Shown here in pieces: positions 38,000 through 49,280 of a stretch of DNA of 64,000 nucleotides (its first letter is position 1; every line of letters starts with the position of its first letter). Position numbers and translations under genes: made by a program. The notes under the pieces are model-generated. The model saw only the letters and a program-made list of their open reading frames with translations. It was not told the origin of the DNA and did not search any database. Source of the stretch: Hypanus sabinus (Eukaryota); the NCBI RefSeq assembly GCF_030144855.1, contig NC_082726.1, forward strand, positions 57,598,001-57,662,000, written 5' to 3'.

Positions 38000-40922
38000 G
38001 TAGCAACAAATTCCATAATAGATTTCAAACAGAAAATTGGCTGAATATTTGACTTGGCCAAAGTAGGTTGGTGTGGAATATTCAAAAGGCTAGCAGCACA
38101 AGAGTATTGACCACACCATATTTCATAAAGACTCTGTACACTTTGAATATGAGAATGAACACCAGTCCCTCTGTAGCGTTGATTTCAAATTTTAATATAC
38201 AGAGAAGATAAGACAGATTAATTAATCACACCTTTCTTAATTAAACAACCAGTCACAATCTGCATAGGCCTCAAATCCTTCATGTTATACCATTACTTAT
38301 GTCATCTACATATCAGAACAAAATTGCATTACTGCTGCCTCTGCACAGGGTATAATTGTCCCTCGGTACTTATCGGGTATCAATCACTAGTGACCTATAG
38401 ATCAGGTCTTTGACCTCTCCACACATCCTTCATTTATTGAACCGTAATCACAGCAGCAAACATTAATCAAGCAATCATCTGAACTCACTCAAAATAGTCA
38501 GCATCCCTGAAGTTTCATAACTACTTTAAAAATTTACCAATTTTAAAATACCATGCAGGTTAATATACACCAACAATTGCCATGTGTCATAAAAATCAAA
38601 ATACTAATACTGAACATTTCATGGCAAAGAACTACAAACACAAGAAGATATGCAATGGCCAGAGGACAAATGGACCCTGTTGCAAACAAGGCACAATTAA
38701 TCAATCCTACCAAAGATTCAAAAGCATTACAACAGATAATATATATAAAAGCATTATTTTAGCCTCAATTCTCAAAAGGAATCAAGCTACATTGAAAAAC
38801 ATTTAGTACAAATAAAGTGGTTATTCTTAATTACATATTATTTATTCAGACCCTACAAATCACTTCTCCATTTTCTTCTGTTCCTTTCATGTGCATTTCA
38901 AAACAAATTTAATTACTTTAATTTAATTTTTAATTGAGAAACAGCACAGAATAGGTAGGCCCTTTCAGCCATGCCACTTAGCAATCCCCCAGTTCAATTC
39001 TAGCCTGATCAGAGGACAATGTACAGTGACCAATTAATCAATTGGTACATCTTTGGACTGTGGGAGGAAACTGGAATACACAAAGGAAACCCACAAAGTC
39101 ACAGGAAAAACATATGAACTCTTTACAGGCAGTGGTGGGAATGGAACCCAGGTTGCTTGTACTGTAAAGTGCTAACCACTACATTACCATGCCATACCAA
39201 AAGGTTCTTGGTCTGATACGTTGACAGGTTATTCTCATCCATTGATGCTGCCTGACTTTCTGAGCTCCTCCAGCATTTTGTGTACTACTCAAGATTTCCA
39301 AATCTCTCGCATTAATTACTTGATAATTTCATTTTTTAAATTACTTTCCACATATTTTCTAGTTACATACAGCATTCTGAGGTAGTTTGTTCAAAGTAAA
39401 ATAGAAGTCTCGGCCTGTAACATTTTACAATGCAATTTACTTTTCAAAGAGTATTATTGCTATGATTTTGGAAGCATGGCGGCCAATTTGACAGATCCTA
39501 AAACATTACAACACAAACCAGATCAACTGGTTTTAAAAAATGCTGCTCAAGATAAATATTGCCATGTTTTACATTCACTGAAGGAAGTAATTTTAATTAA
39601 TTTCTCATCTAGAAGCCAAGAACTCTTATGGAGCAATACATTCTCCAATTCTACACCACAAATGTCTAACTGGATTTTAATGCACAAAACTCTGGAGCAG
39701 AATTTTAACTTTCAGCTAGTCCAGAACCTTTAAAGCTACAGATATCAATCACTGGTGACTTTACAGATCAGGTCTTTGAACCCTTCACACATCTTTGGTT
39801 GACTTGCTGGACTGCAAGCACAGTGACCTTCATTAATCAAAGCTATATTTTTCAGGTCAATGAAAACCCAGAATGCCTCAAAAATTGCTAAGACTGCCTA
39901 ACCAAGACTCCCAGCTGTTTCTGTTTTCAAGGAGGGGGTGGGGGTGGGGGGGGGGGGGATTGCCCAAAATTATACTTCGAACTGCACAGACTCAAAGGAC
40001 AAGCTGGCTTTTTTGCTGTGGATTCATAGAGCCTGACAGGATAAGCTCCATACCAATATGTACATGTGCACAGATTCAAATTATTGGTATCACGGGCATC
40101 TGTACACTATATATAAATACCACAAAAATTAGCTTTTTGATGCAGCAAAACAGTCTACTTCAAGATGAGGACAAACACAATTTAGAAAACTTAAATTGTG
40201 CACGATTTACACGTGTGCAAAACAAACATAACAAGACTAGTGGAACACACACAAAATGCTGGAGGAGCCCAGGTCAGGTTGCATCTATGGACAGGAAATG
40301 AACGATCCTTATTTTGGGCCAAGACACTAGCATACAATTCTGAAAATATAAGAAAATTACTAGATAGACACTGTTCTAGAGGTCACTTACGATAATATAT
40401 AAAGAAATACCCAAATGAAATGGGAATACAACTGGGTCTATTACCATACAAGAAATGAAAGGATGTCTGCATTATTTTAGATATTGAAACTATCACATTG
40501 TTAATAATCTTGCATTTCCTGCTCCACCTGAGACATAAGTGAAGGGGTGGGGGGAAAGAGGGGGTAATTAATGGAGTGTGGAAGAAGGGATAATTAATGT
40601 ATGGAAAGAGGGCGTAATTAATGGAATGAGAAAGGGGGGAGTGGGCGGGAGTCGGGAGGCTTTGAAAGCTCGGGGTAGGAGAAGACACAGAAAGACAGTG
40701 GGTTCGGGTGAGGGGACAGATGGTGATGGGAGCGTGTGTGAGTGGAGGCTGCTCGAGACCAATTCATCAAAAATGCAGCCACGCTGACCTCTAAAAGGAC
40801 TAGTCCCATTTCCCCGTGGAAAACATCCGCAGCCCCCTACCCGCAGAAATACCTCGTTCCCGTAAACAGGGCGTGACAGTCACCGTCACTCTAGGTCTGA
40901 CTGATCTTCACACTACCCTCAC

Positions 40923-40938
40923 CTCTCACCGCCGCCAT
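40923..40938 (-). CDS. MPI: MPI exon 1 (16 nt, MAAVR-V)
   Basis: ATGGCGGCGGTGAGAG|GTGAGG in a CpG-rich patch. Phase 1 joins exon 2 to give VFPL, like human MAAPRVFPL. Confidence 0.9.
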
Positions 40939-41014
40939 CACTGCCTTCTCAGGCAGACAATCTGTGCGTGACCAGGTCATCACCATGCGTACGAACGTAC
41001 GGTGCGTCTCTTAA

Positions 41015-41035
41015 TGCATTCTGGGAATTGCAGTT
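41015..41035 (-). promoter_or_regulatory. ZNF143/THAP11 SBS-ACTACA-type motif in the MPI promoter
   Basis: The minus strand reads AACTGCAATTCCCAGAATGCA, versus the known composite motif ACTACAATTCCCAGAATGC. It lies about 80 bp upstream of the MPI ATG. Confidence 0.65.
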
Positions 41036-41074
41036 TATTTTAAGTATGGTTAACGTTTAAACGTGCAGGTAACA

Positions 41075-41735
41075 TGCACAAAATGCTGGAGGAACTCAGC
41101 AGACCAGGCATCTATGGAAAAGAATAAACAGTCGACGTTTCAGCCGAGATCCTTCATAGATTTGGAGGGGAAAAGATGAGAAGTCAGAGTAAGAAGGTGG
41201 GGCGAGGGCAGGAAAAAATACAAGGTAGTAGGTAATCGGTGACCCTGTCCTGCTGAAGGGTCCCGGCCTGAAACGTCGACCGTACTCCTTTCCATAGATG
41301 CTGCCTGGCCTGCTGAGTTCCTCCAGCATTTTATGTGTGTTGCTTGGATTTCCAGCGTCTACAGAATTTCTCTTGATGGGTGAAACAAGGTGGAGGGGTG
41401 AGGAAAAGAGCTGGGGAATCGATTGGTTAAAGATGAGGGGCTGCAGAAGGAGGAAACTGATAAAAGACGACAGTAAGTCGAGGAAGAAAGGGAAGGGGGA
41501 GGAGTACCAGAGGGAGGAGATGGGTAGGTAAGGAGATAAGGTGAGAGAGAGAAATGGGAATAGGGAATGGTGAAGGAGAGGGGTGGGGGGGGGGGGGAGA
41601 ATTATCAGAAGTTCCGTAAATTGATGTTCACGTCACCGGGTTGGAGGCTACCAAGGTGGAATATAAGATGTTGCTTCTCCATCTTGAGTGGCCTCATCAC
41701 TGCAGTAGAGGAGGCCATGGACTGACATGTCAGAC
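41075..41735 (-). mobile_element. Penelope-like fragment with a second terminal-repeat unit inserted in inverted orientation (about 41241-41375)
   Basis: The cacaaaatgctggaggaactcagc repeat and its reverse complement, with the purine-rich body resuming after 41375. Confidence 0.7.
41247..41280 (+). ncRNA. Minimal hammerhead-ribozyme-like motif of the Penelope terminal repeat (variant core)
   Basis: GTC-CTGCTGA-AGG...CCT-GAA-ACGT-C-GAC gives stem I, core, stem II, GAAA and a palindromic stem III with a GUC cleavage triplet. Confidence 0.6.
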
Positions 41736-41859
41736 CTCAACATCTACTGTACCCTGTGTGGCCCCCTGTACTGCCTCCTGGGCAGCATCTATGAAAAGAG
41801 AAATAGAGATAAAGTTTCATATCCCGGACTCTTTGCTTATTTAGTTATTATATACAATG

Positions 41860-42082
41860 CAGAGTTGGCCCTTGGAGCTGTGCTGCCCAGCAATCTCCAA
41901 TTTAATCCTAGCAGAATCTTAGGACAATATGCAATTAACCTACCAGCCGGTATGTCTTCGGAATGTGAGAAGAGATCGGAGCACCCAGAGGAAACCCACA
42001 TGGTCACGGGGAGAACATACAAACTCCTCACTAGTGGCAGTGGTCGCTGGTACTGTAAAGCATCGTGCTACCGTGCCGCCCA
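41860..42082 (-). mobile_element. tRNA-derived HE1/V-SINE; further copies at about 19150-19415, 22520-22700 (+), 38940-39196 and 54930-55180
   Basis: gggcggcacggtagc head and V-domain gtatgttctccccgtgacc..gtgggtttcctctgggtgctccg. Confidence 0.75.
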
Positions 42083-42304
42083 AATCTGTAATATCGTAGT
42101 CTCACTCTGTTTCTCAGTCTAGTCATCATGGTTCTTGCATCCTATTTGTCTACCTGCACAGCACTTTCTCTGCAGCACTATACTCTGTATTCTGTTTTCC
42201 TGTTTCCTATCTCAATATAATTACAAATGGAGGGATCTGTCTGCATGGTACACAAAAAAAAAAGTTTTTCACTGTACCCTTGTATGTGCATCACCAGACA
42301 ATCA

Positions 42305-42865
42305 CCAAAAAGAGAAAATCTGCAGACAATGGAAATCTGAGCAACACACACAAAATGCTGGAGGAACTCAGCAGGCCAGGCAACTTCTATGGGAAAAAGT
42401 ACAGTTAACATTTTGGGATGAAACCCTTCAGCAGGACTAGAGAAAAAAAGCTAAGGAGTAGAATTAAAAGGTAGGGTGTGGGGAGAGAACTTACAGGTGA
42501 TCGATGAAATGTGGAGGGGGAGGGATGAAGTAAAGAGCTTGAAAGTTGATAGATGAAAGAGACAGAAGGCCATGGAAGAAATAAAAAGGGGGGGGGGGGA
42601 AGAGCACCGGAGGGAAGTGATGGGCAGGCAAGGAGGTGAGATGAGAGAGGGAAAAGGGAATGGAAAATGAAGAGGGGGGTGTGGGAGGGATTACCAGAAG
42701 TTTGAGAAATCGATGTTCATGCCATCAGGTTGGAGGCTACCCAAATGGAATATAAAGTGTTGTTCCTCCATCCTAAGTGTGGCCTCATCACGACAGTGGA
42801 GGAGGACATGGATGGACATATGGGAATGGGAAGTAGAATTAAAATGGGTGGCTACTGGGAGAGCC
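42305..42865 (-). mobile_element. Penelope-like fragment
   Basis: Terminal repeat plus remnant peptide EEQHFIFHLGSLQPDGMNIDFSNF, the C-terminus of the PLE ORF. Confidence 0.75.
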
Positions 42866-43339
42866 CAGACAATCAACAATTTACTGCCCAACTGGTTTGA
42901 TCTTGTAAAGGGTTGGTGAATCATCTTGAACTATTGTAGCCATGTTTTAAAGGTCTATAATAATTTAGCTCTGGGTGGTTTGCTAAGTTAGTTCTGAATT
43001 AACAATAGTGTTGTTAGTCCAGACACATTAAAGTCAGCAAATTACTTTTCCTAAAAGATGTGAACCAGCTGAATTTCATAACTATCCAGTGTTTTCATGG
43101 TTTCCATGAATTATGAGCTTCTTTTGATATATAAATTCCCATCAACTTTAATAAATTGATTGAATTTACTTTCTTAGCTGCTTTGGTTTTGGAATTTGTG
43201 TCTCTTGATTGTTAACCGAGTCTGCCCTATTATATGCTTAATAACATACTAACATACCCCAAAACTGTAAGAAGCTTGTACCTTCTCCACCTTGTTCTCT
43301 CCTCGATGGGTGGCAATCAGCATAGTGTCAATAAAAAGT

Positions 43340-45140
43340 AAGGAGATATAAGCAGAACTGCCATTTTTGGAGTGTGGCATTGTTAGAGTGATCTGGCTTT
43401 GGCTCAACAGGCTTGGGCAAGCACAGGCAGACGAAGCTCTAACTGACTAAGTAAGAAAATTTCTAGTAAGGTTTTCCCCCTATTAGTACATAGCTAGTGC
43501 ACTGAGAATGATCAGAAAGTTTCTTTTTTTCTTGCTTTCACTCTCAGTATGAGCTGCCCAGTTCCTTTTTTTTTGTTTTTTTTTGTTTAGGGGGTTTTTA
43601 TACATATATAAAAATTATAGAAGTTTCTTTATCTTTTTTTCTTTTCATGGAATAATAAGAGGAGAATTGATTATTTTATTCTTTATTAAATACTATTAGA
43701 TTAATATGTATGATCTTGACAATGTTTATTTTACCTTTTATATGAATTGTTATCGATATAGGTATTTGAGATAATTCTCTTGTATATATATGTATTTTTA
43801 ATTAATAAAAAGATTGAAAAAGAAAGAAAAAATACATAGCTAGTGCACTGAGAATGGATCCAGAAGTGATGGCATGTTCCTTGTGTGAGATGTGGGAAAT
43901 ACAGAAGACCTCCAGTCTCCTTGATAGCTGCATCTGCACAAAGTGCATCAAGCTTATTAGAAGCCATGTTAAGGAACTGGAGCTGCAGCTGATGATCTTC
44001 GGTTCATATGGGAGAATGAGGAGGTGATAGATAGGAGCTACAGGGAGGTAGTCACCCCTAGGTTGCAGAAGGCAGGTCCCTGAGTGACTGTCAGGAGAAG
44101 GGAAGTGAATAGACAGACAGTGCAGAGTATTCCTGACCTCTGTGTCTGCTCCCCTGAATGATACGTGTACCACTTTGGATACACTTGCAAGGTGGAGGGG
44201 TCCTACTAGAGGGAACCTGCAGCATTCGGGTCTCTAGCACTGAGTCTGGCTTTGTGCCTCAGAAGGGAAGGGGTAGGAGAGAAGAGGAGTGCAGTTATGA
44301 TAGGGGATTTCATAATTAGAGAAGAAAAAAGCAGATTCTGCGGACAAGAAAGGGACACACGGATGGCATGTTGCCTCCCAGGTGCCAGAGTCAAGGATCC
44401 GGTTTGTAAAGGGGAGGATGAACTGCCGGGAGTTGTGGTATATATTCATACCAATGACATAAGTAGGAAGTCATGAAGAGAGTAACTAGGGAGTTAGGCA
44501 GAAGGCTGAAAAGCAGGACCTCCAGGGTAATAATCTCTGGATTGCTGCCTATGCCAATTGCCATTGAGGGTAAGAATGGGATGACTTGGCAGATGGCTGA
44601 AGCTGAAGGAATTGGTGCAGGGAGCAGGATTTCAGATTTCTGGATCATTGGGATCCCTTCTGGCAAAGGTATGACCTATACTAAAAGGACGGGTTATACA
44701 CCTAAAGCCGAGGGGGGACCAATATCCTGGTAGGGAGGTTTGCTGGAGTTGTTGGGGAAGGTTTAAACTATTTTGACGGGGTGGGAGCTGGAGAGACAGG
44801 GCTTAGGATGGAGCAGTTGGTATACACGTAGATGGAGGGTGTAGAGATTCTGTGAAGAAGAGGCAGATGATAGGGCAAAATTATAGCCAGTGGGATAAGT
44901 TAAAGTGTACCAGGGTGCCAGAACCAAAAAGGGTGATGAATGCAGAACTGAAGGTTTGATATTTGAATGCACTTAGGGTGTGGAATGATCTTGAAGTGCA
45001 GTTAGAGACTGGCAGATATGATGTTGTGAGCATTTCCGAGTCGTGGCTGAAAGATCGTAATTGTGAGCTTAACGCCCTTGTATTGAAACGTCAGGCAGGT
45101 AGGCAGCAGAGGTGGAGCACCTCTGTTGGTAAAACGATGT
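43340..45140 (+). mobile_element. Degenerate CR1 5' region: ORF1 (zinc finger/leucine zipper plus SGNH esterase) and start of the ORF2 endonuclease
   Basis: Remnants CSLCEMWE..CICTKC, VMIGDFII, CCLPGARVKD, HTNDI, RVIISGLLP and YDVVSISESWLK. Confidence 0.75.
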
Positions 45141-46899
45141 GACATGGGATCATAAGATATAGACTCTTGGTGGATAGATCCACCTTATTTACAGACACCC
45201 CTGATCCTGGAATCACTTTATGGACATACAATCTATGTACAGTATATAAGCTATCTTATATATTTATATTTTTGCATTGGTTATTGTGTTTTTTGTGTTG
45301 CATCGGATCTGGAGCAACAATTACTTTGTTCTCCTTTACTCTTGAATACTGGAAATGACATTAAACATCAAGCAGTGAAATAAAAAAGAAACTGATGGGA
45401 ATACTCAACAGATAAAACAGTATCTAAGGAAAGGAAAGCAGAGAATTTTACCAGTAGCTGGAAAAACAATTTTTATGGTAGAGACCAGAATTGCTGTTTT
45501 GCCAAGAAATAGCAAGAGGTTAAACAGAGATCTGTTCTCTGAAATGGATGTGAAGAAGAATTGAGCTCCTGGCCAATACCTATCCCTCAATCAACATCAA
45601 GTTTTTTAAAAAATGCAGTCAGTAACATACTGTCTGGGGGAGTGTGTTGTGCATGATATGGTTCCAAACATCACTAAAAGTCAAAACAGCAAAAATGCCA
45701 GAAACTCTGCAAATCAAGCAGCATTGAAGGAGTGGGAAAATAAATGTAAGGTCAATGACCTTTCATCAAAAGTAATAAGGCTTTCTCCTGAAACATTGGT
45801 TTTGTTTTGCTCTCCACAAATGCTACCTGACTTACAGAGTATTTCTGGAATTTACTGCTTTTTGTTGCAGATTTCCAGAATTTGCATATTTTTGATTCAA
45901 TTCAACATTACAATGAATCTTATAATACTAGTTGTGTATGTTTTGCTGCTTTTCAATCAAATAAAAGATTCTTGGTTATTTTCTCATTGTCATTTATGAG
46001 AGTCTGTTGTGCATAAGTGGGATGACATAGCAATGAAGGTAGATTTGGGATAAATCTGTTGGCGTGTGGCCAAGTGCTTTGGACTAGCGATCTGAAGGTC
46101 GTTCAGACCGAGGTACTGTGTGTGTCCTTGAGCAAGGCACTTAACCATACATTGTTTCTGCTCGTTTATAGCCCAGTGGCGGCAGTTGGTGCAGTATGGA
46201 CAAGGCAAGACAATACTTAACAAATGAATATGCGGTAAAGATTTGTGGAAAGATTGCAAACTATTTCTCAAAGTTCCTTTATTGCATCAGTCTTCCAATT
46301 GCTTAACAAATGATTGTTGGTCTTGCTGTAAAATAGTTGCTGCAATATAGGCGAGAAGTATCTTGCCTTTTATTTTACAACCTGCAAACTGTTTCCCAAA
46401 ACATCCTTCATTGCACCAGTCTTCCAACCACTCAGCGAAGTACTGTTGGATCCTGCTGCTGATATCTGCATAATATGTCGATGAGAAATCTTGCAAGATA
46501 GTCGCTTTATTGCATCGGTCTGCCAAAAGGCTCTGAAGGGCGCCGTTGTTTTTTCCCCCAAAATACTTTATTCAGGAATATTACAAAATAAGGTTATTTA
46601 CATAGAAAAAAACATTAGTTAAATCTGAATCCTTATACAATAAATAAAGTTATTTACAATAATTATGCGTTGGCTCTCTGTTCCCATTTAAATTTTTACA
46701 ATATGTTTACATATTGTATTCGAATGTTTACAATAAACCATTCATTGACTCTCAAACTTTAGGCAAGGATTAAAAACTTATTTACAATAAGGTAAAAATT
46801 ATTAACAATAAATATCTCTCGTTCCTTTACGGTCTATACATTTCTCAGCGTTTGAGACACCTGGCGACTCGCTGTCAAGTTGGCACCTCCAACTCCAGT

Positions 46900-47400
46900 A
46901 CAGGTACTACGAATAAAGACGCTCGCCCGAGTGTGACGTCTTCGTGGCGAGGCCCCGCCCTCTATTTGTGACGTACAGTCGGAGGCGGCTGGCATCGGCG
47001 GGCGGGTTTTTACGCGTGCGCACTCCCGAGCCCCGGGCTGCTTCTCGGCACAAGGAAGTCAACTCGAGCAACTGGGGGGGTGGGGGGCAAGAAGAGTTTG
47101 TGAACTTTAAAAGAGAATAATGTCGGAGTTCGACGCTAATCCGTTCGCGGATCCGGTGGACATAAATCCCTTTCAGGTAAAAGAAACGGAGTGGGTTGGT
47201 GTTAGTGGGAGGGGGGAGTAAACAAACGTATATTCGGCCGGGCCCAGAAGCTGAGGCGAATTCCTGAGCGAAGCCTAACGCTGGGGTGCTGATTGACGCG
47301 GCCCTGACCAATGGACAGGCAGTCAACTGCCCATTTTGCGCCTCTCCACACATGTAGGGGCGGGCCGAAGCTGGATCAAGTTAGATTGGCGCTGCACAGC
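46900..47400 (+). promoter_or_regulatory. SCAMP2 CpG-island promoter
   Basis: CpG-rich. CRE-like TGACGTC near 46935 and TGACGT near 46969, GC box CCCCGCCC near 46953, and CCAAT/GC boxes at the start of intron 1. Confidence 0.7.
47120..47176 (+). CDS. SCAMP2: Secretory carrier membrane protein 2, exon 1 (MSEFDANPFADPVDINPFQ); later exons not found in the window
   Basis: Near-identical to the human SCAMP2 N-terminus MSAFDTNPFADPVDVNPFQ, with two NPF motifs. Donor CAG|GTAAAA. Divergent from MPI, as in human. Confidence 0.92.
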
Positions 47401-49280
47401 TTTTGCTACTCCGATGAAAGTTGGTGGAAAAGTTACTGGGCGATAGCCTTTGTGTTCCCAGAGCCTTATTTGATACCTTCAGGCAAATATTCTCACATTA
47501 AAATGAGAGACCAAGTCTGGCAGGGGTTTTTAAACTGGGGCAGGAAACAGGTGCAGCTCATTCCTTTAGAAAGGTCAATTCCAGAGTTTGAGGTAATGCC
47601 CACACCCATTCTATAACGTCGTCACACATTGTGTTTTTTAAAGCCCGACCTTGATCTTGCTTAAAAATATTTTGAGTGTCATCTGACATTTTTATTATGG
47701 GGTTTACAGCATTCGGGCAATCATTCAGAGAAAACAAACAGAAAATGCTGCGTTATTGTATCATCTGGTGAGAGGAATAAAGTTAGAACCCTTATTGTTC
47801 AATAGAACTCTAACCATTGTGATGAAAGTTAATTGACCTGAAATATTAACTGCTTTCCACTCCAACCATACTGTCTTTCTGCAGATTTTAAGCATCTCAA
47901 GTTTTTCTGCTTTTCAGTGATATTTTCAGCCCACTTTTGTTTCCACAGTTTCAAACCTTTTCAACATTTAAAAATATTTCTTTTCTAAAGATTTGAGCTC
48001 TTTAATCTTTCCTGATTCTTCTGATCTTTCAAATCATCTTCCTTGCAATTCTTAAGCCTTCTCCAGTGTACTTACTATGAGCAGAACTATGTGTTGTGAT
48101 TTGGTCTAACCAATGTTGTTTTATCTCTTTGGCATCGTGATACATAAATTCTGTATACTTGTTTACAAATTAACTTGAGAATTGTACAGTTCACTTTTTA
48201 ATTCTATTTTTTTCTGTAAACTAAATCTTATTGCATCAACTCAAATACAATTTATAGTGTGTGAACCGGTAACTCTGATTCCATTAAATGTTGTTGAAAC
48301 AGCTATCACTGTTGGATCTGGTTTTGAAGAAGGCAAGAAAATAGAATTTTATCAGTTCAGTTTTTGTGATAAAATTAAAGTTGCATTTTTCTGTACATAG
48401 ATCACGGAGCCTTATTGCATGGTAATTGGTTCATTCCTGTTATGTTCCTGGTTTTGGTTTAAATTCTAGAACACCTACAAGCTTTATTTCAAAAGTTATA
48501 AGTAAGTTTTATTATCAAAGTACATTTATGTCGCCATTATCAACCCGAGATACATTTTCTTGCAAGCATAATCAGCAAATCTATAGAATAGTGAGTGTAA
48601 CAGGATCAACTAGAGTGCAGAAGGCAACAAACTGCAAATCCAAATATGAATAAACAGCAATAAGTAACAAGAACATGAGATAAAAAGATGAAGAGTCCTT
48701 AAAATAAGATCATTGGTTTTGGGAACAACTCAATGGATGTGCAAGTAAGTGCAATTGTCCCCGTTGTTCAAGAGCCTGATGGTTGTCAGGTTTTTGAACC
48801 TGGTTATCAAGTACCTTTTACTTAATGGCAACAGTGAGAAAAGAGCTTGGTGTGGGTGGTAGGATCTCTAATGGTGGGGATCTCTGTTACTTAATGATGG
48901 ATGCTGATTTGTACAACAGCCTTTCGCGTAGATGTGCTCAGTGTTCAGGAGAGCTTTACCCATGATGTACAGGGCCGAATCCACTACCTTTTGTAGGATT
49001 TTCCATTCAAAGGCATTGGTGTTTCCATACCAGGCTGGAATGCAGCCAGTCAATACACTCTCCACTGCACATCTGTAGAAGTTGTTAATGTTTTAGTTAT
49101 CATGCCAAATCTCCACAATCTCCTGTGAAAATAGAGGTGCTGCCTTTTAACCCTGAAGTGCGAGAGAGGAGTTGATTTTTCTTTTGGAGTAAGGCATGCA
49201 AAATGCCGGATGAACTCAGCTGGTCACACGGCATCAGTGGAAAGGAATAGAATTGATGTTTTGGGATGAGATCCTTCATA

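Noticed and set aside
40555-40640. Three short taattaatg-containing tandem units near MPI exon 1
   Set aside because: Short degenerate low-complexity repeat with no evidence of function; not CRISPR-like.
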